64,000 nucleotides of DNA from a virus (lineage: Duplodnaviria; Heunggongvirae; Uroviricota; Caudoviricetes): positions 64,001-128,000 of IMG/VR virus record IMGVR_UViG_3300028832_000003. One strand, given 5' to 3'. Under the pieces are notes generated by a model, which was given only the letters and a program-made list of their open reading frames with translations, did not search any database and was not told where the DNA came from. The position numbers were made by a program, and so were the translations under genes. Shown one piece after another: positions 40,977 through 51,425 of the stretch (position 1 is the first letter of the stretch; every line of letters begins with the position of its first letter).

Positions 40977-41741
40977 TTACACCCCCATCCAGTTACAGCC
41001 CCAAATCAAAATTCCGTTTTTCTCAATGTATGTATTAAACAGGTCAATCATAATTCTGTCTTTACAGTAATGCGATGTTTTGTCATAGTCTGAAAACTGT
41101 AAAAATCTGTAATATGCGTTGCTGTCATTTGCGGCGGGTCTTGTTGTTTGATTTCCCGACCATTCCTCAACCAAAGTTCCGCTTGCGTCAAGCAATCTGC
41201 AATATATCTTTGTTCCCGTCCACTCAAACTGTCCTGTATAGGAAGTGTTTTGACTAACCACCGTGTTTAGCGTTTTCCAACCTTGCCATGACGTGCCTGA
41301 ACTAAAACCCCAACCAAAGCCTAGCTTATTTTCGTTTAAGACTTCAAATGCGGGCAATGCCGTATAGTTGTATGCACCATTTCCCGCAAACGCTCTTGAA
41401 TTTCCGCTTTGCAATCTCTGAAATCTTACGGACACCTTGAACGATGTTGCGTTGCCGACAGGATTATAAAAAACAGTATTAGTGGTTATGCCACTACTAG
41501 GATTTGCGCTTTGTATGCCTGTGTAGCCACTTGTTCCCGATGTTATCCACCGACCATTCATGATAGTAACATAGTCATTGTTACAAACCCATTTGAGCTT
41601 CGATGTGTCCAAAGCCTTTTGCATCACGCTAATCTTAGGCGGCATTTCACTAGGCAGATACAAACCACTTTCACCATTCACGAAACGGATTGCGTCACCT
41701 ATGTCAGTTAAAGTTTGTCCGTCTATTCTGTAAATGCTCAT
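40977..41741 (-). CDS. Putative fibre protein with lectin/LamG-like domain
   Basis: TLTDIGDAIR N-terminus; Trp-rich beta domain. Confidence 0.55.
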   Translation of the reverse strand: MSIYRIDGQTLTDIGDAIRFVNGESGLYLPSEMPPKISVMQKALDTSKLKWVCNNDYVTIMNGRWITSGTSGYTGIQSANPSSGITTNTVFYNPVGNATSFKVSVRFQRLQSGNSRAFAGNGAYNYTALPAFEVLNENKLGFGWGFSSGTSWQGWKTLNTVVSQNTSYTGQFEWTGTKIYCRLLDASGTLVEEWSGNQTTRPAANDSNAYYRFLQFSDYDKTSHYCKDRIMIDLFNTYIEKNGILIWGCNWMGV

Positions 41742-41745
41742 GCTA

Positions 41746-42591
41746 TCACCACCTTAGAACTTCCGCATTTGGCACTAACGCTACCCATGCACCGTTGACC
41801 TTGTAATACATTGTCAGAATTTCCGTTCCCCCCGCATTCAACATGGCATATTGGTTTCCGTTAACGCCGTCAAGATTATTAGGTTCACCAGTTCCATGTA
41901 AAAATGTTACGGGCGTTATGTTAGCGTCCTTAATGCAATACAAAATTCCATCAGAATACTTTTCGTCGCCTAAAGCGTCATATTCCGCTTTCGTGACTTC
42001 CTTGTACGATGTGATTTCAGCAATTTTGTTTTCGACAACAGACTGTCCATTTACCTGTACGTCATCAATCGCACCAGCATAACCCCACGTTCCGTCACCC
42101 CTAACCGCCTTGTCAAGATCGAAAGAAGTTGGAGCGGGCATAAGACCATGCACACCGTCATTTTCGGAAGTAGCACCAACCACATCATTGTAAGTCGTGT
42201 CAATTGCTGAAATCACGTCACCGCTGATTGTAACGTTAGTCCCGGCAGTCAGCACGTTCTGTTTACCGCTAAGGTCAATGTTTGCAACTCCTTCGGTAAC
42301 GACGCTGACTCCGTTAACCTCAACGTCCGTAATCGTTCCAGTACCGCCTCCTTCAGGAGCATACAGTTCGGACGTTTCTCCGTTAACAGTAATGTCAGCA
42401 ATGTGGACACCTTCGTGCAGAAGAGGAGTAACTTCAACATCACTTCCACCACCGCCACCAGATTCCTCTAAGTCACGGATTCGTTTTTCAACCGTATCCG
42501 TTTTATTATTGCCTTGCCCCATCAGAACGTTAGATGCTATGATTTTATCCTTAGAGGCATTGTTTCTGTGAATTAAATCACCCATTCCCAT
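41746..42591 (-). CDS. Putative fibre shaft protein
   Basis: DVEVNGVSVV/DVQVNGQSVV repeats, KQNVLTAGTNVTI, GLMPAP, RGDGTW. Confidence 0.65.
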   Translation of the reverse strand: MGMGDLIHRNNASKDKIIASNVLMGQGNNKTDTVEKRIRDLEESGGGGGSDVEVTPLLHEGVHIADITVNGETSELYAPEGGGTGTITDVEVNGVSVVTEGVANIDLSGKQNVLTAGTNVTISGDVISAIDTTYNDVVGATSENDGVHGLMPAPTSFDLDKAVRGDGTWGYAGAIDDVQVNGQSVVENKIAEITSYKEVTKAEYDALGDEKYSDGILYCIKDANITPVTFLHGTGEPNNLDGVNGNQYAMLNAGGTEILTMYYKVNGAWVALVPNAEVLRW

Positions 42592-42596
42592 ACCTC

Positions 42597-43598
42597 CTAA
42601 AATCCAAACATCTCGTTAATGGTGTCATCAGAGTGATCTTTAAGATATCCCTGGGTGGTGCTTACGTCAGAGTGATGAGCAAACACCTGTATCTGTTCCA
42701 ATGGGAACTTGCGAGGATTACCATCCTTGTCAAGTAACCTTTTGTCAGTACCCTGTGCAAGACACTCAAGTCTGCTGTGTCTCATTGTATGAGGAAAAAT
42801 GTTGCATTCTTCCCCACGAACCTCTGACAGTATTCTTGAAATTGAAAGAATGCGGTCATAGATTGTCTCGGATTGGATTGGAGTTCTTACTCCGTTCACT
42901 TCCTTATACCATAATGAGTCAATCTCGTCCTCACCGCGTTCCTCAAGATATTTTCGAATGAGTTCCTTTGTGTCGTCAAGATATACGAGGTTAAACTTTT
43001 TGCCACGCTTACCAACAACGACGTTCGTTTTGTTGCTTTCAGTCAGTCCGTGTTTCTCTATCTGTAGGAGTTCGTTGCGTCTCCCGGCAGAATCGAATCC
43101 AACAGACCAAAGCACCGCAAGCTGCAACTTGCCTTGCTCAACCAATATGTCACGAACCTTTATGAACTCATCAAAAGTAAAGAAAAAGTCGTCGTCATCA
43201 TCCTTAACCCTTTCATTAGGAATGCCTTTGACCTTCTTTGCATAATTTACGTCATAGTCATAATCATCATCTTCCTCGCAAAAAGTCAGCATGCTGTTAA
43301 CTGAACTCTTAAGTCTGTTCGTCCTTGCCGGAGACAAACCAAAGTCTTCAGTAAAGATAATGCTGAGGTCACGAAAGTTTTTCTTCGTCATCTCAAGCAC
43401 CGACTTATTGTCAAACTTCTGAAGGATGATAATAAATATAAATTTAAGATCTGACTCGTAAGCAGAAAGAGTGGCTTTGGATTTCTTCCTCTGTCTGTAT
43501 TCTGCTAAAAAGTCATTCATGATTTCCTTGTTAATCGGATTTACCTGATCCCACAGTTCGGGAGTGAAAATCTGATTATATACTTTGCCACGAGCCAT
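42597..43598 (-). CDS. Tyrosine recombinase/integrase family protein
   Basis: GRRNE, GKRGK, HTMRH, HHSDVSTTQGY catalytic set. Confidence 0.9.
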   Translation of the reverse strand: MARGKVYNQIFTPELWDQVNPINKEIMNDFLAEYRQRKKSKATLSAYESDLKFIFIIILQKFDNKSVLEMTKKNFRDLSIIFTEDFGLSPARTNRLKSSVNSMLTFCEEDDDYDYDVNYAKKVKGIPNERVKDDDDDFFFTFDEFIKVRDILVEQGKLQLAVLWSVGFDSAGRRNELLQIEKHGLTESNKTNVVVGKRGKKFNLVYLDDTKELIRKYLEERGEDEIDSLWYKEVNGVRTPIQSETIYDRILSISRILSEVRGEECNIFPHTMRHSRLECLAQGTDKRLLDKDGNPRKFPLEQIQVFAHHSDVSTTQGYLKDHSDDTINEMFGF

Positions 43599-43747
43599 GG
43601 TATCACCTACTTTCCTTTATTTTCCTAGAAATCAAAAATCCCTGCTTCGGTTTTGCACCACGCCTAAAGCGAGCAGGGGGAGGGGGTATTACTCTATAAA
43701 CGTCTCACCATGGTACGCATTAATAAGAGGCGTGGTGAGTTCTGTTC

Positions 43748-44026
43748 TTACTTAATTTCCTTGACGGTGGAAGTTACCTTAAACTTCAGTTCGTCCCATG
43801 CGGGCTTGTCCCAGTTCTTTCCGTCGAAGTTCGTTACTCCGCTTCTTGCGGGATGCTTCTTTACAAAGAACTTGCCAATGCCGGGAAGTGCAACCGTCTC
43901 AGTGGGAGAGCTAGTCAGAGTCTCCCTTACAAAATCTGCATACACTTCAAGTACCGTCTTTACGTCACCCTGAGTGCATCCGTCAATTCTTCTTGCCACA
44001 TACTTATAAACGTCATTAATTCCCAT
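43748..44026 (-). CDS. HU-like DNA-binding protein
   Basis: VALPGIGKFFVKKHPARSG...KFK. Confidence 0.85.
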   Translation of the reverse strand: MGINDVYKYVARRIDGCTQGDVKTVLEVYADFVRETLTSSPTETVALPGIGKFFVKKHPARSGVTNFDGKNWDKPAWDELKFKVTSTVKEIK

Positions 44027-44061
44027 ATCTTTTTCCTTCCTTTTCCTATGAAATCTAAATT

Positions 44062-44469
44062 TTAATGCTGACTGCAATAATGGTTGCAGTCAAGCATACA
44101 ACTCGTAACCGCAAGATTTGCATCGGCCTCCACTACAAGATCACCAAGACCAATGTTTTCACTTGCATTATTATGATACCCATACTGAATTACAAGGGTA
44201 TTTGTACCGTCACCGCTGATAAGAGTACCTTTAGACTCCTTATATGCCACGGGAACGTTAAAAGAAATCGTCAGCATCTGCTGAGTGGAATGATGACCGT
44301 CACCAGCGGAATGAACCGCATCAAGCTGAATTCTAAAATCACCTCTGCCAATTTCTGGCTTCTGGTGTATCCTCGCACCAATGGAATAACAAGCATCTCC
44401 TGATGCCATATATACTGGCTCTGCATAGCCATCATTCTTTATTACAATAGGTTTTACGTAGTTGTTCAT
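44062..44469 (-). CDS. Hypothetical protein with YxKP leader-like N-terminus
   Basis: 135 aa, GGGAG RBS. Confidence 0.7.
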   Translation of the reverse strand: MNNYVKPIVIKNDGYAEPVYMASGDACYSIGARIHQKPEIGRGDFRIQLDAVHSAGDGHHSTQQMLTISFNVPVAYKESKGTLISGDGTNTLVIQYGYHNNASENIGLGDLVVEADANLAVTSCMLDCNHYCSQH

Positions 44470-44510
44470 AATCTTTCTCCCTTAAGAAAGGGAGAAGAAT
44501 GAACTTCTCC

Positions 44511-45722
44511 CTAATACAATTCAATCGGACAGAATGCCTTAATGCCATTCTCATCCATTACACATACTACCTGTTCAGGTTTACCAGTAATTCTCTTTGA
44601 CATTGTGTAGTCATCACCGCATCCGCAGAAACTTCCGCTTCGAATGATTTTAACTCCGGCAATGCTGTCATAAGAATTATGATGAAGATGACCAAAGAAA
44701 ATTCCAGCCGGGATTGTCTGAGTCATCAGCACTAATTTCGAAATACCGCTTTCGGAATAAGAATCAACGTCTCCATGTACAATTAGGTATTCCTTTCCGT
44801 TAACAAAACAAGTTGCGATTGTCGGATCGTAATTACATCCGTCATCAAACTCAACATTATCAAGATGCTCAAGTTTTGCTTTCATGTACCAAGGGATAAG
44901 ATCATCAAGCCTTTCACCCCTAAGCACCTGATCCTTAAGACCAATTCTTGAATGATTACCAGCAACTGAATTAATATATATGTTGCTAAAGTGTTTACTT
45001 AACTCATATACAAATGCAGAGATGAGTTCAGAAACCTTTTGTACCTGCTCAATAACGTTCTCACGGTTCTCAAGTTGCGTCGTGACGTGAATGTTTCCAC
45101 TGCAAAGATCTCCGATTAAACTCACGTATGCAGTGTCTGCATGATACAGTTCGTTAATCTTAAGTACTTCCTGAAGATACTGAACCATTCTGTTCTTCGC
45201 AATGTCTGAATCATATCTTCCAAACTGATTGCAGAATGTTAAACCCATGTGAACATCTGATAAACAAATAAACAAAACATTGTTGTTCTCGTTATACTTG
45301 ATAGGCGCGATGGGTGGGAGAGTGGTTTTTCCGTTTTCACGGATGAGTTCTTCCAACTTATCAAAGTTTACCTCACCACGAGCATCTTCCCTCAAAAGTT
45401 TTCTAAGTGCAGTTCTTTCATCCCAAAGCTTTTGCTTTTCCTTTTGGAGTTCTTGTTTCTGCAGGCGAATTTCCTGAGCATAAGTACCTTCTGACTCATA
45501 CTGCTTAATTGCCTTTGACTCCAAAAACTTAGCAACTACCTGATACTGTTTTCTGTAAGCAGACTCAGTTCTGTATTCAGACTCGTCTGCACGAAACTCT
45601 CTGTTAATCACGTCGGCAATTTCATCCCATGACATGTCAAGCTGCCCTAAATCCTTTGCCTGACCGAGACGGAATATAAATTGCTCTTCGTTTTCATTTT
45701 CCAATCTGTCTAAGTTAATCAA
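44511..45722 (-). CDS. Metallophosphoesterase/nuclease (DNA polymerase II small-subunit-like)
   Basis: SDVH, IGD, GNH, HGD, GHLHH; probable TTG start after AGGTGA. Confidence 0.8.
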   Translation of the reverse strand: MINLDRLENENEEQFIFRLGQAKDLGQLDMSWDEIADVINREFRADESEYRTESAYRKQYQVVAKFLESKAIKQYESEGTYAQEIRLQKQELQKEKQKLWDERTALRKLLREDARGEVNFDKLEELIRENGKTTLPPIAPIKYNENNNVLFICLSDVHMGLTFCNQFGRYDSDIAKNRMVQYLQEVLKINELYHADTAYVSLIGDLCSGNIHVTTQLENRENVIEQVQKVSELISAFVYELSKHFSNIYINSVAGNHSRIGLKDQVLRGERLDDLIPWYMKAKLEHLDNVEFDDGCNYDPTIATCFVNGKEYLIVHGDVDSYSESGISKLVLMTQTIPAGIFFGHLHHNSYDSIAGVKIIRSGSFCGCGDDYTMSKRITGKPEQVVCVMDENGIKAFCPIELY

Positions 45723-45735
45723 AAGATCACCTGCC

Positions 45736-45924
45736 TTACTCTTCAAGGGAGATACTGATGTTAAAATTAACAGTATCAACTCCTTCAGGCAGTGCCTTTA
45801 ACAACTCCTTAGTAACGTCTCCTTCGTCTTCGGTAACAAACTTCGAATCCTGTACGGACACGCCAGTAAGCTTAATAGTCCTTTTTTTGCTTGCCTTCGG
45901 CTCGCTATCCTTTACTTGAAACAT
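45736..45924 (-). CDS. Hypothetical protein
   Basis: 62 aa, AAGGAGG RBS. Confidence 0.7.
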   Translation of the reverse strand: MFQVKDSEPKASKKRTIKLTGVSVQDSKFVTEDEGDVTKELLKALPEGVDTVNFNISISLEE

Positions 45925-45947
45925 TGGTCGTTTCCTCCTTTATGTTC

Positions 45948-46571
45948 CTATTCAAATAACACCGATAAGTCAGTAATAAGTTCATCTGCAATGCTATACT
46001 TAATCAGTTCCTCTCCAGAAAGATACCAGTCCTTCTTGGAGTTCTTTTGAAACAGTTTCTCGTCAATTGCGGTGTTTTCCAAAGTAAGCTTTTTCATGCT
46101 TTCCTGCTGTCTCTTATAATTATTCTGAGCTTCCTCAATCTGCTCGGCAGTACCGCTGAGAGTTGCGGAGCCGCTGTGGATGAGAAGTACGCTGTGAGGA
46201 AAAGCATATCTCTTGTGACCTGATACAAAGATTAAAAACCCGGCAGACATTGTTACTCCCATTGCAACGGTAACAATTGGAATTCTGCTTGATTTGATAA
46301 GGTCACAAAAATAGAATGCCTGTTCGAGGTCACCCCCATAGGAATGACAAAAAATATAGATAGGCTTAAGCTGTTCCTTTGGAAGGTCTTTCTCTTCGAA
46401 ATTTAATCTTACGATTGTTTTGGACAACTCAATGAGAGAGTAGTCCTCATCAATTTCATAATCAACGTAATAAACTCTTTGATCTGCTGCCCTCCAATAT
46501 TCATACTCTTCAGGAGTTGGAATTTCGGAAGACTTGCCAATAGGTGGCAGTTGAATCTGAAGTTGTTCCAA
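45948..46571 (-). CDS. clpP: ClpP-like serine protease
   Basis: HSYGGD, MSAG (Ser), LIHSG (His), KDWYLS. Confidence 0.85.
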   Translation of the reverse strand: MEQLQIQLPPIGKSSEIPTPEEYEYWRAADQRVYYVDYEIDEDYSLIELSKTIVRLNFEEKDLPKEQLKPIYIFCHSYGGDLEQAFYFCDLIKSSRIPIVTVAMGVTMSAGFLIFVSGHKRYAFPHSVLLIHSGSATLSGTAEQIEEAQNNYKRQQESMKKLTLENTAIDEKLFQKNSKKDWYLSGEELIKYSIADELITDLSVLFE

Positions 46572-46631
46572 ATGTTTTCCCTTCTTTCCTATATATTTTC
46601 CAGAATGTCTCTGGAATGTAATTCTCCGTTT

Positions 46632-47933
46632 TTACATCTGTTCCGCTAGTTTCGCAATGCGACCACGGTAGATGTTGTTTAGACGGACTTCGCCATAGAA
46701 GTCCTGTCCACGAAAGACCTCAGACAGTCTTCTCATGCCATTGTTAAATCCGGCATACTGATTAAGGTCAACTTGCTGATTGTAATCACCGTCAACAATG
46801 CATATTGAGTCTTCACCAATTCTCTGCAATGCCAACTTCATGAGTGATATGTCAAGGTTCTGCGCTTCAGTAATGTATACCGCACAGTTTAATCCAGTAG
46901 TGTCAAAGCCTCTAATGTCACACATGGGAAGAATGTCAAGTTTGTTTTCGGAAACAAGCCTTTCCATCTCCATCTTGTCACCAAGTTTTGCACCAAGCAT
47001 GTTGCCTAAAGAACTGTCCGTAAGTTTTTCAAGCTGAGTACCGGGAAGAAATCCAAGCTTTGCAGCATTGGCGGTGGGAGTGGGATTTGCAAATATTACG
47101 ATGCGATCAATCTTATGTTTTTCCAATAGCCATAACATATAACCGATTGCAAGATAACTTTTCCCAGTTCCAGCCGGGCCTTTCAGCATTGTGATTTTAT
47201 TGTTGTTTAACGAGTCAAGAGCTAACTGCTGATACTCGTCACCGTTATATGGCTTTACCTGTCCAAATAAAGTAGACTTAATGGTTGGAAATTTTACGTG
47301 CTGAAATTCATTTCCGTCCCACCTAAGTTTATCCTTGATTTCACCGTCCTCACCTTTAATGATGAGATACTGATTAACTAAAAGATTAAGTTTATTTGAC
47401 TTCATGTCTTGATACAGATTAGCCATCATTTCATCGGTCATTGTCACTTCAACGTACCCAGTATATGAGTCATCAACGTCCGTACAAACTGACGAAACAT
47501 TTAAATCAAAAACGTTAAATGCTATTTGTTTACATGACAAATCATTTGTCACAAACACAATTCCGTTGTCAATCTGTTCAGGTACTACAATCCAAGAAGT
47601 ACCGTCAAATCTTAAATGGTCATTCGCAAATCTTGCACATGCGCATATGCGAACGTCAGGAGTGTCAAGCACTCCGAAAGCAGTCTTTACGTCGAACGGA
47701 TCCATGAGCTTCTCATAAACCACGACGTGATATTTGTTTTGATTGTCATTGAGAAGACGCAATAGTTTTCTAGAATTATACTTTACCTGTTCGTCTTTTG
47801 TTCTGCTCGTCTTGATGTCCTCAAGTTCAAGCAGCGTGGTTGACGCAATAAAGAAAAATTCCTCGAATGCCTTGTCCTGTAATTCAAGTAATGCATTTGT
47901 GTCATAGAACTTCATTCCGTTCACCTCACTCAA
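46632..47933 (-). CDS. phoH: PhoH-family ATPase with N-terminal PIN domain
   Basis: FYDTNAL, FVTND (PIN); GPAGTGKS, LGFLPG, IRG, EAQN, GD..QVD. Confidence 0.9.
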   Translation of the reverse strand: MSEVNGMKFYDTNALLELQDKAFEEFFFIASTTLLELEDIKTSRTKDEQVKYNSRKLLRLLNDNQNKYHVVVYEKLMDPFDVKTAFGVLDTPDVRICACARFANDHLRFDGTSWIVVPEQIDNGIVFVTNDLSCKQIAFNVFDLNVSSVCTDVDDSYTGYVEVTMTDEMMANLYQDMKSNKLNLLVNQYLIIKGEDGEIKDKLRWDGNEFQHVKFPTIKSTLFGQVKPYNGDEYQQLALDSLNNNKITMLKGPAGTGKSYLAIGYMLWLLEKHKIDRIVIFANPTPTANAAKLGFLPGTQLEKLTDSSLGNMLGAKLGDKMEMERLVSENKLDILPMCDIRGFDTTGLNCAVYITEAQNLDISLMKLALQRIGEDSICIVDGDYNQQVDLNQYAGFNNGMRRLSEVFRGQDFYGEVRLNNIYRGRIAKLAEQM

Positions 47934-48114
47934 AAGTTTCCACTAACTGTTTTCTTCTAATCTTCTCAAGCTTATTCATGTTTTTGTCGCTTTCACATAA
48001 ATAATAATGTCTGTTCTTCGCCCACGTGTGCGAGATTCCGTTTTCACCAAACGGCACATTATGTTCCTTATACAGGATTTTAGCTTCTTCCTTTGAAATT
48101 CTAAGCAATTTCAT
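47926..48114 (-). CDS. Hypothetical protein
   Basis: 62-aa ORF with GAAGGA RBS. Confidence 0.6.
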   Translation of the reverse strand: MKLLRISKEEAKILYKEHNVPFGENGISHTWAKNRHYYLCESDKNMNKLEKIRRKQLVETFE

Positions 48115-48153
48115 TCCTTCTTTCCATAGTGTATTCCCTATTTAATAGGGTGA

Positions 48154-48228
48154 TAGCGGGAGCAGGATTTGAACGCTGCGACCTCCAGGGCATGAACCTG
48201 GCATTCTACCGGACTGAACTATCCCGCG
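48154..48228 (-). tRNA. tRNA-Met(CAT), initiator-like
   Basis: CGCGGGA/TCCCGCT acceptor with 1:72 mismatch; anticodon arm CCAGG-TT CAT GC-CCTGG; one extra nt in T stem. Confidence 0.8.
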
Positions 48229-48519
48229 CTAATAGAAGTGGCGGCCAAACAAAGGAAATTCCCAGTCCGACCGCCAACAGAACCACTGTATAGCCAGTAG
48301 TAAGCTTAACATGTATACATCCATATTTGTTATCCGCATCGGATTCAAGCGGAAGGGAGTACTTTTGAACCACAATTTCTTTCCCTCATAAGGGGATTTG
48401 TGTTGAGTCATGAAACGATTTAAAATAGTGTTTTAAAAATTCCTAAAATTTAGGTATTTAGAAATACACAAAATTATGCCACAAAAGTATTCGGTGTCCA
48501 TCATTTTTCATCCTAAGTT

Positions 48520-51141
48520 TTAGAGATTTTTAGAAAACACCTTGAAAAGTGAGTTTCTGTTAACGTGATAAAGCACGCTGATAAGCAGTGATTTGTTCTT
48601 ATTTACGGTACTTTTTACGTGTCCCTTGTTGCTCCGCATTGCTGGAGTGATGCAGAATGCCCGGTCAATCAGCCAACTCATAAGTCCGAGATAATTTTTG
48701 GAGATGTTAATCTGACTTATGTCCTTGATAAGCTGGTCAAAGTCACTCCTCAAAAGAAGATAATCTTCAGAACCGTTTGCATTTGCATTATATAAATCAA
48801 ATGAATACTTGTTTATTAAGTCTTCAACCTTCTTGCTTGTCTTTCTGTTGACGTCAAGTTCGTGTCTCTTAAAGAAATAATCCATGGGTAAGGTCGGTGA
48901 CGCTCCGCTGACTTTTTTGAATTGAAGATTATATAAATAATTCATTGGACAATGAATTAGGTCGTTCAGATTGTTTTTATTAAATCCCGGTCGAATGACT
49001 GACCAGAACATTGGATATTTGTTTGTCTTTACGTTCATTTGCTGTTTGATTAGTTTGATTTCTTTTGGTATGTCAATGTCGAAAGTGCGCTTTGAACTGT
49101 CTATGGCTGCCTGAGCAACTACGGAAAGTATTGCACAGTAGTCGTCAAACCTTGGATCACTGTACGTGTAAGAGTAACTTTGTGCTATCTGTGCAAGATT
49201 ACTGGACTCGCCTATGTCCGTCTGAGAAGCGGAGAGGAGATTGTCCACCTTTGCAAAGTCATTTAATGAATTTGTATATATGTTCTTGTCTTTTGGAATG
49301 TTGTTAACGATTGTAGGATAGTTTTCATAGCACCACCTTGCATGAGACACTATGTCCGGCTGGTTTGTGGTATATCCGAAGTCGGAATCTTGATCAAGAC
49401 CGTTTCCCCTGTCTTGCGTATCCGTTCCGTTCATGTTAACTGCTATGACATTAGTTTCCAAAGTAAAATACTTTTTCATGTTCTCTGAATAACGGTTGTG
49501 AAAATACAAGAGATTGTTTTTTGAATTAAACGGTGACCTAAAGAATGCGAGGTACTCACCGTCTTCAAACCTCTCGGTGTAGCACTGGATAGTCCCTTCC
49601 TCAACCTCGAAAGTGTCATCTTTGTCCACGTCGTCCTTGTTACCGCTTGCTGCATAAAGAAGCATTGCATAAGGAGATCCGACGATTGTAAGATTGTCAC
49701 CGTTCTGTATCAATTCACCGTTCTTAATTCCGAGAACGTAGTTTTCGATTATCTTTCTCTTGCGATCTCTGAAGTAACTGCTCCTGACAAATTCGGGATT
49801 GTACTCGCACATGTCCACGAGAAAGTCAAAATCATTTGAGAAGTTTTGGTTCTTCCTTAAAAACTTCATGAACTCTTCGTCGTCTGACTTTAATTTATAC
49901 ACGTATTCAACGGATTCACGGCACACGGACTCCATCGTTTCCTCGGACAGTGAGTTTACCATCTGATAAGACATCCTCTGATACTTTCCAAGTTTCGAAG
50001 GATGGGCGGTCTTTACGATTCCGAAGGTGCAACCGTTTTCCTCGACCTTCCTGCACCAGTGTTCATAGGAAACGTTAAATGCCTTGTTTCTCCATTTGCA
50101 TGCATTGTCGGTGGTAATCATCTCCACGTCCTTTACGAAGTGTTCCACTCCGAACATGTCAGTAACCTTTGCGGTTTCATATTCATCTCCGAAGTAATCC
50201 TTAAAGAACTGCCGTATGTTTGCGTTAAATGCCGCAGCCTTAAAGAAGTGATGTCTTAATAATATATAACCGCTGCCCCATTTAGGAAACAGTGACGAGT
50301 CAATCAGAGCCTGACCGTCAAACATCGTGTTCTTCAGTCTGTAGTTGTCAAGGTGCTTTGCAATGCAGTGTCTGTCTTTGTCCGTTTCAATTGATATGAC
50401 GTTGGTCGTGAAGAACCTGTCCACGTCCTCTAAGATCAAAACGTTTCTCGGATTAATCTTTATCCGTCCGACAATGCCGGAGGAGATGAGGGGAACGTAT
50501 GCAGACGCTTCAACTATGGGTGCATTCTTCTCCGGGAGTTCAATTCCCATATAAAGGAAGTTCCTTGCGACGTCGTACAGTTCATCACGGATGAACATGC
50601 AAGAACCCTTCTTTGCCTTGCCCGTGGAACGGTACAGCATCTTGTAATGGATGACTTCCGTCTTTTTGATCGTGCCGTCCCTTGCTCTGGTAACGTACGG
50701 AACGCTTACTCCTTCGTTATAAAACAAAGTTCTTATTTCTTCTTTGGAAAGTTTTTTATATTTTTGTTTATTTTTTATGGAAATTTTAATTAAACCTGAG
50801 AGTTTTTCACGTTTTTTCTGCGTTTTTTCTAATAAAAATTTATCTTTTTTTGAGTGATTTTTTCTGTAATCCTTACGTGCGGAGAGCAACACTCCCCTTA
50901 AGTGTTCCATTTCTTCCTCAAAAGAACGCGATCCGTAGTTAAATTCAAGACAGATGATGTCCCTGGTTGACTCGCCTTTCCAGTTTTCAAGGCCGTTTGC
51001 GTCAAGAAAATCCTTAAACAGACTGTTTACGAACATTGCATCCTTGTATTCGTAATGGTCACGCACCCCGTTATTATATTCAAACAGGGTGCTTGCCTCG
51101 ATGTTCTTAATCTTTAAGCCAAATTCGCTCAAGGAAACCAC
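48520..51141 (-). CDS. Single-subunit double-psi-barrel RNA polymerase (SPbeta YonO-like)
   Basis: 873 aa; DGQ, SYQMVNSL, FRSP, GLDQDSD metal-binding motif, AIDSSKR. Confidence 0.85.
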   Translation of the reverse strand: MVSLSEFGLKIKNIEASTLFEYNNGVRDHYEYKDAMFVNSLFKDFLDANGLENWKGESTRDIICLEFNYGSRSFEEEMEHLRGVLLSARKDYRKNHSKKDKFLLEKTQKKREKLSGLIKISIKNKQKYKKLSKEEIRTLFYNEGVSVPYVTRARDGTIKKTEVIHYKMLYRSTGKAKKGSCMFIRDELYDVARNFLYMGIELPEKNAPIVEASAYVPLISSGIVGRIKINPRNVLILEDVDRFFTTNVISIETDKDRHCIAKHLDNYRLKNTMFDGQALIDSSLFPKWGSGYILLRHHFFKAAAFNANIRQFFKDYFGDEYETAKVTDMFGVEHFVKDVEMITTDNACKWRNKAFNVSYEHWCRKVEENGCTFGIVKTAHPSKLGKYQRMSYQMVNSLSEETMESVCRESVEYVYKLKSDDEEFMKFLRKNQNFSNDFDFLVDMCEYNPEFVRSSYFRDRKRKIIENYVLGIKNGELIQNGDNLTIVGSPYAMLLYAASGNKDDVDKDDTFEVEEGTIQCYTERFEDGEYLAFFRSPFNSKNNLLYFHNRYSENMKKYFTLETNVIAVNMNGTDTQDRGNGLDQDSDFGYTTNQPDIVSHARWCYENYPTIVNNIPKDKNIYTNSLNDFAKVDNLLSASQTDIGESSNLAQIAQSYSYTYSDPRFDDYCAILSVVAQAAIDSSKRTFDIDIPKEIKLIKQQMNVKTNKYPMFWSVIRPGFNKNNLNDLIHCPMNYLYNLQFKKVSGASPTLPMDYFFKRHELDVNRKTSKKVEDLINKYSFDLYNANANGSEDYLLLRSDFDQLIKDISQINISKNYLGLMSWLIDRAFCITPAMRSNKGHVKSTVNKNKSLLISVLYHVNRNSLFKVFSKNL

Positions 51142-51147
51142 CTGCCT

Positions 51148-51420
51148 TTAATTATGTCTGTTTTTAATGACGTCCACATATATTTCAAACAAAAATCCGT
51201 AAAACAAAGCGGTATCTTTATCATCAATAACCCCAAATTTTGAAAGACACCTTAAATATCCCTTGATAAATGCATCCCAGTATGCACCACCTTCAGTATT
51301 TACCATGTCTTCATAGTGACGGATTGCATCCTTTAACCCGCTTACGACATCTTCATTTCCATGATTTGCTATTTTTTCAAATACTTCGTTAATTTTGCCT
51401 GTCTCAATCAAGAAAGCCAC
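51148..51420 (-). CDS. Hypothetical protein
   Basis: 90 aa; GYLRCL motif resembles the two neighbours. Confidence 0.65.
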   Translation of the reverse strand: MAFLIETGKINEVFEKIANHGNEDVVSGLKDAIRHYEDMVNTEGGAYWDAFIKGYLRCLSKFGVIDDKDTALFYGFLFEIYVDVIKNRHN

Positions 51421-51425
51421 CTGCC

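Noticed and set aside
40118..42591. Diversity-generating retroelement target
   Set aside because: No reverse transcriptase or template repeat seen in the window.
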